Assembly (NCBI GenBank): GCA_900540375.1 | Contig: UQFS01000014.1 | Coordinates: 17,863 to 81,862, forward strand | DNA from: an uncultured Prevotella sp. | Lineage (GTDB): Bacteria; Bacteroidota; Bacteroidia; Bacteroidales; Bacteroidaceae | Direction of reading: 5' to 3' | DNA length: 64,000 bases | Shown: piece by piece, positions 1 through 9,707 of the stretch | Numbering within the stretch: the first letter of the stretch is position 1 | Layout: each line of letters opens with the position of its first letter | Made by a program: the position numbers and the translations under genes | The notes under the pieces: generated by a model | Told to the model about the DNA's origin: nothing | Database searches by the model: none | What the model saw: the letters and a program-made list of their open reading frames with translations, nothing else

Positions 1-789
1 AAGCTTTCCGGTCTTTGTTCCTGTTTCCCTCATCATCCCCGCATCGGTAGATATTATATGTGTGGCCACTCTTGGGACCAGACCGAGCAGATCGAGATTG
101 TCAGTGGCGCCTTCTGCATGCTTCGCCGCAAGGCGTTGGAGGATGTGGGGCTTTTGGATGAAGACTTCTTCATGTATGGCGAGGACATCGATCTCAGCTA
201 CCGTATCCTCAAGGCAGGGTGGGAGAACTGGTATCTGCCCTATAAGATGCTTCATTATAAAGGAGAGAGTACGGAGAAATCTAGCTTCCGGTATGTTCAT
301 GTCTTCTATGAGGCCATGCTCATCTTCTATCGCAAGCATTACCGCCACTTCAATGTTTTGATCAGTATACCCGTTCAGACTGCCATCTATATGAAGGCCT
401 TGCATACATTGATTGGCATGCAGTTGCACAAGATGCGTAAGAGTTTAGGCTTTGTCTCCAAGTCTTCCCGGCGAGATCCTCTTTATGTGGTCTTTGCGTC
501 TGCTTCGTCGCGATCTGTTTGTGAGGATGTCATCACTTTCAATGGATTAAACGCTGAACTTCATGTGGTCTCGCAGTGGAATGAGGTTCAAAATATTGCT
601 TCTGAGGTGCTTCAGCGTCATCTTCCGCAGTCCTACATGGTCTTTGACACCACCCTGTTTTCCTATCAGAAGATCTTCGATCTGCTCAACAGTCACCCAA
701 GACAGAGTCTGGTGGGCTGGCTCGATCCTGACGCTCGGCTTATCATCACGCCGAAAGATGTATTTACGTCAGAGTCTGCTCATAAATAA
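1..789 (+). CDS. Family 2 glycosyltransferase, C-terminal part; the ORF is open to the window start so the 5' end is missing
   Basis: The reading frame has no stop from position 1 to 789. The translation contains GT2-like segments (FCMLRRKALEDVGLLDEDFFMYGEDIDLSYRILKAGW). The family assignment comes from remembered motifs, not a search. Confidence 0.55.
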   Translation, partial: KLSGLCSCFPHHPRIGRYYMCGHSWDQTEQIEIVSGAFCMLRRKALEDVGLLDEDFFMYGEDIDLSYRILKAGWENWYLPYKMLHYKGESTEKSSFRYVHVFYEAMLIFYRKHYRHFNVLISIPVQTAIYMKALHTLIGMQLHKMRKSLGFVSKSSRRDPLYVVFASASSRSVCEDVITFNGLNAELHVVSQWNEVQNIASEVLQRHLPQSYMVFDTTLFSYQKIFDLLNSHPRQSLVGWLDPDARLIITPKDVFTSESAHK

Positions 790-809
790 TACATATATCA
801 TATGTAGTC

Positions 810-1358
810 ATGGAAAGGAATCCTTCAATTTCCTCATTTTGTTCCCATCGCCGCCCATTTGTACTGTTGCGTGCGATGGAACCCGAAGACTTAGAGCTGC
901 TTTATAGTATTGAGAACGATTACGACCTGTGGCAAGTGAGCAGTACCAATGTCCCTTATTCCCGCTATGTCCTCCACGACTATATTGCCAACACCACGGG
1001 CGACATCTTCACCGATAAGCAACTACGTCTGATCATCACCGATGACAGTGGAGCAAATGTCATAGGCATCGCCGATTTGGTGAATTTCAATCCTCAGCAC
1101 CTGCGGGCAGAAGTGGGACTGGTCATCCAAAGAGCCTACCGTGGACAGGGGTATGGCAAGGCTGCCATGGATGAGTTGATCACTTATGCCCATGAAGTAC
1201 TACATCTGCACCAACTCTATTCTTTGGTTGCACAGGACAACACTGATTGTCTGAGACTCTTTAAAACTGTTGGTTTTCAAGAAAATGCACAGCTCAAGGA
1301 CTGGCTCTATGATGGAAATGAGTATCATGATGTAGAGGTCTTGCAATTTTTTTTGTAA
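810..1358 (+). CDS. GNAT-family N-acetyltransferase (RimJ/RimL-like); the true start may be the internal Met at 876
   Basis: 182 aa ORF. It has an acetyl-CoA binding motif (VGLVIQRAYRGQGYGKAAMDEL) typical of GNAT motif A. Confidence 0.7.
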   Translation: MERNPSISSFCSHRRPFVLLRAMEPEDLELLYSIENDYDLWQVSSTNVPYSRYVLHDYIANTTGDIFTDKQLRLIITDDSGANVIGIADLVNFNPQHLRAEVGLVIQRAYRGQGYGKAAMDELITYAHEVLHLHQLYSLVAQDNTDCLRLFKTVGFQENAQLKDWLYDGNEYHDVEVLQFFL

Positions 1359-1444
1359 AAAAGTCGCCCAATTATTTGGTAGTATCAGGATAAACAAGTA
1401 CCTTTGCACTCGCAATTCAGAAATGAAGCGCAAAGACACAAAAT

Positions 1445-1518
1445 GGTGCGTTAGTTCAGTTGGTTAGAATGCCTGCCTGTCACGCAGGAGGTCACGAGTT
1501 CGAATCTCGTACGCACCG
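1445..1518 (+). tRNA. tRNA-Asp (anticodon GTC)
   Basis: Cloverleaf readable in GGTGCGTTAGTTCAGTTGGTTAGAATGCCTGCCTGTCACGCAGGAGGTCACGAGTTCGAATCTCGTACGCACCG. The 7-bp acceptor stem GGTGCGT/ACGCACC pairs, the anticodon loop is CTGTCAC, and a T-loop GTTCGAATC is present. No CCA is encoded. Confidence 0.85.
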
Positions 1519-1685
1519 CTGGAGTAGGGGGTTCTCGTTGAGGGAGCCTCTTTCTTTATGTCCTTTCGCTTTACACTTGCTCTATTGAGATTAGATTCTG
1601 TAAAGCTGACTTTTCCATGGTTACGCTTTTCGTCTTTTTTCTATGATTACATTGATAAAAAGGTGCTGTTTCGTTTTTTTTCTGT

Positions 1686-1693
1686 ATCTTTGC
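1686..1693 (+). promoter_or_regulatory. Bacteroidetes-type -7 promoter element (TAtcTTTG) upstream of ffh
   Basis: An octamer matching TAnnTTTG lies about 35 nt upstream of the ffh ATG. This is the known -7 consensus for Bacteroides sigma-A promoters. Confidence 0.35.
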
Positions 1694-1726
1694 AAATATA
1701 ATTAATCATAGAATAGAACTAACATT

Positions 1727-3070
1727 ATGTTTGAGAATTTAAGTGACCGTCTTGAGCGGTCGTTCAAGATATTGAAAGGTGAAGGTAAGATCACCGAGAT
1801 CAATGTCGCAGAGACGCTCAAGGACGTACGGCGCGCATTGCTGGATGCCGATGTCAACTATAAAGTCGCAAAGACATTTACTGACACGGTAAAGAAAAAA
1901 GCTTTCGGTCAGAACGTGCTCACGGCCGTGAAGCCGGGACAGATGATGGTCAAGATCGTTCATGACGAGCTGGCCAGTCTCATGGGAGGCGAGACTGCCG
2001 AGTTGCATTTGGTTCAGAAGCCGGCCGTGATTCTGATGTCCGGTTTGCAAGGTTCCGGTAAAACTACGTTCAGTGGTAAGCTTGCCAATATGCTGAAAAC
2101 CAAGCAGCACCGCAATCCGCTGTTGGTGGCTTGCGACGTTTATCGTCCCGCTGCTATCGAGCAGTTGAAGGTTGTGGGCGGTCAGATCGACGTTCCTGTC
2201 TATACAGAGCCTGAGAACAAAAACGTCAATGAGATTGCGCTTCACGCTATTCAGGAGGCCAAGGCTAAAGGCTATGACACGGTCATCGTCGATACCGCCG
2301 GTCGTTTGGCTGTTGACGAGCAGATGATGAATGAGATTGCCTCTCTCAAGGAGACCGTCAAACCCGATGAGACGCTTTTCGTCGTCGACTCCATGACAGG
2401 TCAAGATGCTGTCAACACAGCAAAGGAATTCAACGACCGTCTCGACTTCGACGGCGTTGTCCTCACTAAGCTCGACGGCGATACCCGTGGTGGTGCCGCT
2501 CTCTCTATCCGTACTGTAGTCACTAAGCCGATTAAGTTCATCGGTACCGGTGAGAAGATGGAAGCCATCGACATGTTCCATCCCGACCGTATGGCTGACC
2601 GTATCCTCGGCATGGGTGATGTCGTCTCTCTTGTGGAGCGTGCCCAGGAGCAGTTCGACGAGGAAGAGGCACGTAAACTGCAGAAGAAGATTCAGAAAAA
2701 CAAGTTTGACTTCAACGACTTTCTCAATCAGATCGAGCAGATCAAGAAAATGGGTAACTTGAAGGAGTTGGCCTCGATGATCCCGGGTGTGGGCAAAGCC
2801 ATCAAGGACATTGACATCGACGACAATGCTTTCAACGACATTGAGGCGATCATCCGCAGTATGACGCCACAGGAGCGCACACATCCCGAGGTGCTCAACG
2901 TGAGCCGTCGTCAGCGCATTGCCAAAGGTTCCGGTACGTCGATTCAGGAAGTCAACCGGCTCATCAAGCAGTTTGACCAGACCCGTAAGATGATGAAGAT
3001 GGTCACTGGTAACCAGATGAAGTCCATGATGGCGAATATGGCGCGCATGAAAGGTGCAATGAACCAATAA
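1727..3070 (+). CDS. ffh: Signal recognition particle protein Ffh
   Basis: 447 aa. It has an SRP54-type GTPase with GLQGSGKTT (P-loop), DTAGR and TKLDGD motifs, and a Met-rich C-terminal M domain. Confidence 0.95.
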   Translation: MFENLSDRLERSFKILKGEGKITEINVAETLKDVRRALLDADVNYKVAKTFTDTVKKKAFGQNVLTAVKPGQMMVKIVHDELASLMGGETAELHLVQKPAVILMSGLQGSGKTTFSGKLANMLKTKQHRNPLLVACDVYRPAAIEQLKVVGGQIDVPVYTEPENKNVNEIALHAIQEAKAKGYDTVIVDTAGRLAVDEQMMNEIASLKETVKPDETLFVVDSMTGQDAVNTAKEFNDRLDFDGVVLTKLDGDTRGGAALSIRTVVTKPIKFIGTGEKMEAIDMFHPDRMADRILGMGDVVSLVERAQEQFDEEEARKLQKKIQKNKFDFNDFLNQIEQIKKMGNLKELASMIPGVGKAIKDIDIDDNAFNDIEAIIRSMTPQERTHPEVLNVSRRQRIAKGSGTSIQEVNRLIKQFDQTRKMMKMVTGNQMKSMMANMARMKGAMNQ

Positions 3071-3079
3071 ATATAAGCT

Positions 3080-3961
3080 ATGTACACGTTGATAGATGGA
3101 AAGGCCACTGCTGCTGCCATCAAGCAGCAGATTGCCGAAGAAGTGAAGGAAATGGTGGCCAAGGGTGCCAAGCGCCCTTGTCTGGCTGCCGTGTTGGTAG
3201 GACATGATGGCGGTTCCGAGACCTATGTCAAAAACAAGGTTCTCGCCTGCGAGCAGTGTGGTTTCGAATCCCGTCTGATCCGCTATGAGGATGATGTCAC
3301 GGAGGAAGAACTTCTCACCTGTGTGGCCAAGCTCAACGACGATCCCCATGTAGATGGTTTTATCGTGCAGCTGCCTCTGCCGAGACATATTGATGAACAG
3401 AAGATCATCATGGCCATCGACTATCGCAAGGATGTCGACGGCTTCCATCCTATCAACGTGGGCCGTATGGCTATTGGTCTGCCTTGCTTTGTGTCGGCAA
3501 CACCGCTGGGCATCATGACGCTCTTGCAGCACTACCATATCGTGACATCCGGAAAGAAGTGCGTGGTGCTGGGACGCAGCAACATTGTCGGCAAACCAAT
3601 GGCACAACTGATGATGCAGAAGCAATACGGCGACGCCACAGTGACGGTCTGCCATTCCCACACAAAGGACATCAAGGCAGAGTGCCGCGAGGCCGACATC
3701 ATTATTGCGGCTATCGGTCGTCCCGACTTTGTCACTGCCGACATGGTGAAGGAAGGTGCTGTCATCATCGATGTCGGTACCACACGTGTGCCCGATGCTA
3801 TGAAGAAGAAAGGCTTCCGCCTCAATGGTGACGTGAAGTTCGATGAGGTGGCTCCGAAGTGCTCGTTTATCACACCGGTCCCCGGTGGTGTAGGTCCCAT
3901 GACGATCTGTTCTTTGATGAAGAACACGTTGGCCGCTGCCAAGAAGGAATACTACAAGTAA
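3080..3961 (+). CDS. folD: Bifunctional methylenetetrahydrofolate dehydrogenase / methenyl-THF cyclohydrolase FolD
   Basis: 293 aa. The N-terminus [15 protein letters not shown]...[13 protein letters not shown] and the [17 protein letters not shown](P)-binding segment are typical of FolD. It starts 10 nt after the ffh stop, so it is probably co-transcribed. Confidence 0.92.
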   Translation: MYTLIDGKATAAAIKQQIAEEVKEMVAKGAKRPCLAAVLVGHDGGSETYVKNKVLACEQCGFESRLIRYEDDVTEEELLTCVAKLNDDPHVDGFIVQLPLPRHIDEQKIIMAIDYRKDVDGFHPINVGRMAIGLPCFVSATPLGIMTLLQHYHIVTSGKKCVVLGRSNIVGKPMAQLMMQKQYGDATVTVCHSHTKDIKAECREADIIIAAIGRPDFVTADMVKEGAVIIDVGTTRVPDAMKKKGFRLNGDVKFDEVAPKCSFITPVPGGVGPMTICSLMKNTLAAAKKEYYK

Positions 3962-4036
3962 GCACTAGGCCCCCATCATGGGGACCACTGCTTTTGCTCT
4001 ATTAAGCCTCTGCTTTTCATTTCAAAATTTCTACCG

Positions 4037-6598
4037 ATGAACACCAAACTATTACTCTTCTCTACATCGCTTTTCATTGCAGCCTCACTGCCGTCGGCAG
4101 TTTGGGGACAGCGCCAGCAGGCTTCCTACGAGATTGCCGGACGCGACACTACATGTCAACTATTTCTCTATTCTCCCGAACCTACGAAAGGATTGCATGT
4201 TGCCTACTTCACCGATCACGACCAGTGGCAGGACTTGGGACAGCTCTGCAGTTCTGATTATGGTGCATGGGGCAGTGAGAAGAAAATGTATTCGCCTTAT
4301 GTCATTCAGGCTCAGGACGGTACATGGCGATTGCTTTTTTCCGTCAATAACTATGCACCTTGCTTTGCAGCTGCCTACAGTGAGGACTTGGTAACGTGGC
4401 GCCCACAGGACTATCCGCGTGTCAAAGAGAAGGGTGTGTTGGAGCCGATCATGTTCCAGATGGATCCCGACAACATCGACATCTATTTCAAGGCTAAAGA
4501 CGGTACCCGTCATTATGTCCAGGCATCTAATGACTTCCGCCAATTCACGGAATCCGCTGAGGCAAGCACGATAGAAGATGCAGCCTGGATGCGTGATACA
4601 GCAACCGTCGCCGGTACTACCTTTCAGGGCAATGCCTTCGACGTGCCTAAGCTGCAGTTGGATTATCTCTTCCAGTATTTCGATGCCATGGCCAATGATG
4701 CCCGCATGAGTGCTGAGACGATGAGTGGTGATGCGCAGCGCTTTGCGTCTCTCACTTCACCACTAAAGACGACCCTGACTATTGACCCGTCGAAGCAGAA
4801 GGCGATCAGTGATCGGCTGATGGGCGTTTTCTTCGAGGACATCAGCTATGCGGCCGACGGTGGCCTCTATGCCGAACTGATTCAGAACCGCGATTTCGAA
4901 TATACGTCCGACGACCACCGGGGGTGGGATGCTACGACAGCATGGAAGAGCAATCATCCGATTCGCATCAGCACGGCTGAGCCGCTGAGCACCAACAATC
5001 CTCACTATGTGCTCCTGGCCAAGCAAGACACACTCTATAATACGGGGTGGGGAAGTGTGATGGCCGAGCCACTCCGGCAGTTCGACTTCTCTGTCTTTGC
5101 CTGCTGCAAGAATGGACGCAAGAGTCAGTTGTTGGTGTGCCTTGTCGACGACAAGGGTGTAATGCTCGCAAAAGAGAAGATAAAGGTCGAGGGGGAGGGT
5201 TGGCAGCGCTATGCCCTGCCTCTGATCATTGACAAGAAAGCCGTGAAGAGTCAGGTCAGACTCATGCTGACACCCCTGAAAGAAGACAGCGTCGCCGTTG
5301 ACATGGTAAGCCTCTTCCCCCATGATACCTTTAAGGGACACGGGCTTCGCAAAGACCTGGCTGAGGCCATCGCTGCCCTTCATCCTCGGTTCGTACGCTT
5401 CCCTGGTGGCTGCATGAGCCATGGTCAGGGACTCGACAACATTTATCACTGGAATGAGAGCGTCGGCCCCTGGCAAGACCGCAAGCCCGCGAAGAACATC
5501 TGGGGTTATCATCAGACACGTGGCTTAGGCTTCTATGAGTATTTCCAGTTCTGTGAGGACATCGGCGCGGAGCCGCTTCCTGTGTTGGCTGCTGGCGTCC
5601 CTTGTCAGAATTCTGCTGCTGATAAGGATGGCTACGGCGGTCAGCAAGGTGGTATCCCAATGGCCGACATGCCGGCTTATTGTCAGGAGATCCTCCATAT
5701 GATCGAGTGGGCCAATGGTGATCCGGTCACTTCGAAATGGGCCAAAATGCGCGCCGACGCAGGTCATCCGGCACCGTTCCACCTTAAATATATAGGTATA
5801 GGCAACGAAGATCTCGTGTCCACTACCTTTGAGGAGCGCTATGAGATGATTTGCAAAGCCATCAAACAGAAGTATCCCGACATCATCGTCTGTGGTACGG
5901 TGGGTCCCTTCCATAATCCTTCGGCCGACTACATTGAGGGCTGGCGCTTCGCCAAAGCCCATCACGATCTGATCGACATGGTGGACGAGCATTACTACGA
6001 GTCGCCGGGATGGTTCTTGCATCATCAGGACTACTACGACGACTATGACCGAAAGGGGCCAAAGGTCTATCTCGGCGAATGGGCTTCCCGTGATCGCCGT
6101 GTGGAGAATGCGTTGGTCGAGGCCATCCATCTGTGCAATGTCGAGCGCAATGGCGATATCGTCAGCATGGCAAGTTATGCTCCCTTGCTCTGCAATGAGG
6201 CTCATCAGAACTGGAATCCCGACATGATCTACTTCAATTCCGACAGCATCACGGCGCTCACTCCCAGCTACTACACTCAGAAGTTGTGGGGCAACAGTGC
6301 CGGTGACCGCTATCTTGCTTCCCGTTTCTCTTTGCCCGAGAGTATTCGCTATCGTGTGGCATCAAGTGTCGTTCGAGACCAGAAGACGGGTACCACGTGG
6401 GTGAAACTCGTCAACGCCTTGCCACAATCCTTGACAGTGGAGGTAAAGGGAATGGCGATTCCCTCGGAAGCTGAAGTTGTCGGTTTCAGCGGACAGCCCA
6501 ACGATAAGAATGTAAAGGTCAAGATTACTCGTGTCAGTGGTTCCACGCTCACGCTCAAGCCCTATTCTGTGGAAGTGATCACCATACCTCGGAAATAG
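4037..6598 (+). CDS. Secreted GH51-family alpha-L-arabinofuranosidase with N-terminal accessory domain
   Basis: 853 aa. It has an N-terminal signal peptide (MNTKLLLFSTSLFIAASLPSAVWG). It carries the GH51 hallmarks RFPGGCMSHG and IGIGNEDL (catalytic Glu in GNE). Confidence 0.72.
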   Translation: MNTKLLLFSTSLFIAASLPSAVWGQRQQASYEIAGRDTTCQLFLYSPEPTKGLHVAYFTDHDQWQDLGQLCSSDYGAWGSEKKMYSPYVIQAQDGTWRLLFSVNNYAPCFAAAYSEDLVTWRPQDYPRVKEKGVLEPIMFQMDPDNIDIYFKAKDGTRHYVQASNDFRQFTESAEASTIEDAAWMRDTATVAGTTFQGNAFDVPKLQLDYLFQYFDAMANDARMSAETMSGDAQRFASLTSPLKTTLTIDPSKQKAISDRLMGVFFEDISYAADGGLYAELIQNRDFEYTSDDHRGWDATTAWKSNHPIRISTAEPLSTNNPHYVLLAKQDTLYNTGWGSVMAEPLRQFDFSVFACCKNGRKSQLLVCLVDDKGVMLAKEKIKVEGEGWQRYALPLIIDKKAVKSQVRLMLTPLKEDSVAVDMVSLFPHDTFKGHGLRKDLAEAIAALHPRFVRFPGGCMSHGQGLDNIYHWNESVGPWQDRKPAKNIWGYHQTRGLGFYEYFQFCEDIGAEPLPVLAAGVPCQNSAADKDGYGGQQGGIPMADMPAYCQEILHMIEWANGDPVTSKWAKMRADAGHPAPFHLKYIGIGNEDLVSTTFEERYEMICKAIKQKYPDIIVCGTVGPFHNPSADYIEGWRFAKAHHDLIDMVDEHYYESPGWFLHHQDYYDDYDRKGPKVYLGEWASRDRRVENALVEAIHLCNVERNGDIVSMASYAPLLCNEAHQNWNPDMIYFNSDSITALTPSYYTQKLWGNSAGDRYLASRFSLPESIRYRVASSVVRDQKTGTTWVKLVNALPQSLTVEVKGMAIPSEAEVVGFSGQPNDKNVKVKITRVSGSTLTLKPYSVEVITIPRK

Positions 6599-6640
6599 GG
6601 CAGGGGACTCGCTGATAAACGACTTCGTCGATTGACATAT

Positions 6641-6679
6641 AGGCAGGTGACAGTGACTTTCTGTCATCTGCCTTTTTCT
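6641..6679 (+). terminator. Rho-independent terminator after the arabinofuranosidase gene
   Basis: The stem aggcaggtgacag / ctgtcatctgcct has one mismatch and is followed by TTTTT. Confidence 0.5.
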
Positions 6680-6865
6680 GTAGATGATTGTTCGTTTCTT
6701 CCTATTTTATAGCCCTCAATACTCTGAATCCCGTTAATTATTGTTTTATTGGTTTCAAACTATTAAAATTATTTGGAGGTTTAAAAATAAATCCTTTACT
6801 TTGCACATAGTTTGTATGCAGTATAACAGAAATATATATATTAATTAAATTAAGACGAATAAATT

Positions 6866-7981
6866 ATGAAAAAGTTATTTACCTTGATGGCTGCAGCTTT
6901 GGTAGCTGCTGGCGCATCTGCACAGACTGTGCAGGAAAGCAAGACATTCGACAACATCTATGTTGGCGTGAATGGCGGTGTGGCTACAAAGACAACTGGC
7001 CATGCTTGGATGAAGGGTCTCGATCCTAACTTTGGCATTCGTGTGGGCCGTTGGTTCACTCCTGTCTTTGGTCTCGCTGCTGAGAGCAACGCATATTTCT
7101 CAAATAAGCCCGCCAACTCTTTCGGTACCACTGTTCGTGCTATGAACACGAGCCTGTTGGCTACTGTCAACCTCAGCAACTGGTTTGGTGGCTATCTGGG
7201 TGAGCCTCGCTCATTCGAGGTCGTGCCTGTCTTCGGTTTCGGCTGGTATCACAGTTTCGGCAACAGCGCAGTTGCTAACCGCACTTGGAACGCTCTCCAG
7301 ATCGCTCAGGCCAATCCCGATGACGTTGCTGCAACCTATTTTGCAAAGAGAAATGCCCTGACTTCTAAGGCTGGCATCGACTTCGCTTTCAACCTCGGTG
7401 AGGCTAAGGCATGGCAGGTATACGTTGAACCTTCTATCACATGGGTTCTCAATGGCTTCGACGGTGAGCAGAAGGTTGCTTACGATATCAACAAGAGCTT
7501 CGTACAGCTCAACGCTGGTGTTGTTTACAAGTTCAATAACAGCAATGGCACACATAACTTCAAGATTGTGAAGCCTTACGACCAGGCAGAGATCGATCAG
7601 CTCAACAGCACGATCAACGACCTGCGCAACGAGTTGGCTAAGAAGCCTAAAGAGGTTGTCAAAGAGGTTGTGAAAGAGGCTCCTGTTCCTCAGGTGGTGA
7701 AGGTTGAGAACCTTGTCTTCGTTACATTCGCTCAGGGCAAGAGCAATCTTACCAAGGATGCTAAGAAAGCTCTTGACGGTGTGAAGAGCGGCAAGCACGT
7801 TCAGATCGTTGGTACTGCTTCTCCAGAGGGTAGCAAAGAGATCAACGACAAGCTGTCTCAGGCTCGTGCCGATGAGGTTGCTAAGTATCTCCAGAACAAT
7901 GGTGTCGTAGTCGATGAGGCTGCAGGTAAGGGTGTTCAGGGTAATACATCCAACCGTCTGGCTGTTGTTTACGTGAAGTAA
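6866..7981 (+). CDS. OmpA-family outer-membrane protein (Omp41/PG32-like beta-barrel plus C-terminal OmpA peptidoglycan-binding domain)
   Basis: 371 aa. The signal peptide is MKKLFTLMAAALVAAGASAQ. The C-terminus has an OmpA-like domain (FAQGKSNLTKDAKKALDGV...IVGTASPEGSKEINDKLSQARADEVAKYL). Confidence 0.8.
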   Translation: MKKLFTLMAAALVAAGASAQTVQESKTFDNIYVGVNGGVATKTTGHAWMKGLDPNFGIRVGRWFTPVFGLAAESNAYFSNKPANSFGTTVRAMNTSLLATVNLSNWFGGYLGEPRSFEVVPVFGFGWYHSFGNSAVANRTWNALQIAQANPDDVAATYFAKRNALTSKAGIDFAFNLGEAKAWQVYVEPSITWVLNGFDGEQKVAYDINKSFVQLNAGVVYKFNNSNGTHNFKIVKPYDQAEIDQLNSTINDLRNELAKKPKEVVKEVVKEAPVPQVVKVENLVFVTFAQGKSNLTKDAKKALDGVKSGKHVQIVGTASPEGSKEINDKLSQARADEVAKYLQNNGVVVDEAAGKGVQGNTSNRLAVVYVK

Positions 7982-8006
7982 TCGTTTCACAAACATATCC
8001 ATTTGC

Positions 8007-8044
8007 TCCCTGCTCGTAGTTACGATGGGCAGGGAGTTTTTTTG
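8007..8044 (+). terminator. Rho-independent terminator after the OmpA gene
   Basis: The stem ctccctgc ... gcagggag is followed by a run of 7 T. Confidence 0.6.
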
Positions 8045-8258
8045 TCCCATACCTCAACCTTTCGGAATTGATATGCCCTATACGCTTTTTTATATCTTGT
8101 CCGGTTGTTGAATAAACTGACAAAAAAGTGGGTCTGAGAATGCGATTCTCAGAATCAAAGCATCTCTTGCTCTGATTTTCGCAATTTTTGAGAGTTTTTT
8201 ATAACTCATTGACTAATAGTTAGATACGAATAGGTTCATTATTGTAGCATTATGAAAG

Positions 8259-8304
8259 AGGTACTTTGACGAAAAATTCTCTAGAGAATTTTTCGTCAAA
8301 GTAC
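8259..8304. repeat. Near-perfect 46-bp palindrome (ggtactttgacgaaaaattctc ta gagaatttttcgtcaaagtacc)
   Basis: Read directly from the sequence: two 22-bp perfectly complementary arms around a central TA. Confidence 0.8.
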
Positions 8305-8315
8305 CTTTCTGATGT

Positions 8316-8432
8316 TGTCATCTCGGTTATTTCTACTGGTCATCTCGGTTATTTCACCCGGTCATCTCGCCTTTTTCATCCTATCATCTCACCTTTTTGA
8401 TCCTGTCATCCCGCTTATTTTTCATTTTGATC
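8316..8432. repeat. Five degenerate tandem direct repeats of ~22 bp (consensus about tgGTCATCTCGgTTaTTTCatcc)
   Basis: The units are tgtcatctcggttatttctac / tggtcatctcggttatttcaccc / ggtcatctcgcctttttcatcc / tatcatctcacctttttgatcc / tgtcatcccgcttatttttcattttgatc, head to tail with no spacers. Confidence 0.75.
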
Positions 8433-8631
8433 TTCCTTTTTCCGAGTTTTCAGCTCGGATGCTTCTCTATAATGTGTTAAAAGGTTGACAGACTTTTGTC
8501 AATAAGTTTGTTTTTCGAAAGGTCATGCTGAAAGGGACATGTCATAATAGTTGTTAGGTACTTTCAGCCGCCTCTGTCGCTGTCTCTGGAAACGAGTATA
8601 AGGAAACTTATATTGGCTTTTAAGTGAAACA

Positions 8632-8672
8632 CTCCGCTATGCGGAATAAAGAATATAACCGGATATAGAGAA
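8632..8672. repeat. Left terminal inverted repeat of the restriction-modification island (CTCCGCTaTGCGGAATAAAGAATATAACCGgATAT...)
   Basis: It matches the reverse complement of 12343-12384, with about 29 bp near-perfect (1 mismatch) plus imperfect extension. Confidence 0.75.
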
Positions 8673-8844
8673 TATAAAAATGACCGAATATCAAGAATGT
8701 AAATAGTTTATAAGAACGCTAATGGTTTAAAGTAAGTTACAATAAATGTGTAAATAGGGATTGAAAAGGAAAAAACATCAGATAAAGTTGGAGAGTTCAC
8801 GGAAAAATCCTATTTTGCAAAAAGCTAAACGAAAGGAATAAGTT

Positions 8845-9093
8845 ATGAATGCAATATCAATGAGCAATTTATGGACTTATCTGCAAGGATTGTCTTTGAC
8901 TGCTGACAATTGGCAATGGTTGGCGGAAAAGACATCCATGATGTCTATGTCGGTCGACTCTGCTAATAAAGGAATTGCTGGTAAAAAGAAATACCGACTG
9001 TCTCCGAGAATGAAGAAGCTGATGGGCAGTGTAAAAATCAATCCGCAAGATATGGAAGGTGATGATAGACTAAAATACATTTTAAGCAAGTAA
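8845..9093 (+). CDS. Hypothetical small protein (82 aa) inside the R-M island, opposite strand to the R-M genes
   Basis: ORF only. No motif recognised. Confidence 0.2.
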   Translation: MNAISMSNLWTYLQGLSLTADNWQWLAEKTSMMSMSVDSANKGIAGKKKYRLSPRMKKLMGSVKINPQDMEGDDRLKYILSK

Positions 9094-9202
9094 TGAGAAA
9101 AATATTTCTTGATACCAATGTGATGCTCGACTCTGTATTGGATTGAGTAATTTAGGCCAACAACATTTTAGATACTTAGGTACAGTAAAGCTCACGGCAG
9201 TT

Positions 9203-9700
9203 TTAATCATTGGGCGAGGGTTCAGCTGCAATTAGTGATGTCTCTTCTATCGTTTTGTAATGCTTTGCATGGTTTTCGAGAAAAATGCGGTTGAGGGTGA
9301 AGGCAAGGCTCTTCAGTGTCTGTTCTTTTTTTTGTTTTTTGAGCTGACATTCCCAAACGGTGATGCAATGCCAGCCCATCTTTGCTAACTGCTGTTGCTC
9401 TTCTCTGTCACGCTCTTTGTTCCGGCTTATCTTCTTTTGCCAAAAATCAGTGTTGGTCTGAGGCAGTTTGAAGTCTTTGCATCCTTCGTGTCCATGCCAA
9501 AAGCAACCGTTGACAAAGATGCATGTGCGGTATTTCCTCAGCACCAAGTCGGGATGCCCGGGCAGTCTTGGGTCGTTGAGACGATAGCGGAAGCCACGCC
9601 GCCAAAGCCAGTGCCGCACAATCAGCTCGGGACGTGTGTCTTTGCTTCGTACGGCTGCCATATTCCGATGTCGCTCAGCGGGCGTGTGGTTGTCCATCAT
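9203..9700 (-). CDS. vsr: Very-short-patch-repair endonuclease Vsr (T:G mismatch endonuclease)
   Basis: 165 aa. PELIVRHWLWRRGFRYRLN...GHPDLVLRKYRTCIFVNGCFWHGHEGC is the classic Vsr core. It lies directly downstream of a C5-cytosine methyltransferase, as in dcm-vsr. Confidence 0.9.
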   Translation of the reverse strand: MMDNHTPAERHRNMAAVRSKDTRPELIVRHWLWRRGFRYRLNDPRLPGHPDLVLRKYRTCIFVNGCFWHGHEGCKDFKLPQTNTDFWQKKISRNKERDREEQQQLAKMGWHCITVWECQLKKQKKEQTLKSLAFTLNRIFLENHAKHYKTIEETSLIAAEPSPND

Positions 9701-9707
9701 CTAATTG

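Noticed and set aside
1739-3661. 640 aa minus-strand ORF spanning ffh and folD
   Set aside because: It is antisense to two well-supported housekeeping genes. Its composition (Leu/Val/His/Gly-rich, no motifs) is typical of a shadow frame in GC-balanced coding DNA.
4763-6205. Minus-strand ORFs of 249 and 226 aa inside the arabinofuranosidase gene
   Set aside because: Antisense shadow ORFs. The plus-strand product has clear GH51 motifs.
7211-8050. 279 aa minus-strand ORF overlapping the OmpA gene
   Set aside because: Antisense to a gene with signal peptide and OmpA domain. No features of its own.
8316-8432. Possible CRISPR array
   Set aside because: The units are directly abutting degenerate repeats with no unique spacers, and no cas genes lie nearby. 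This is a tandem repeat, not CRISPR.
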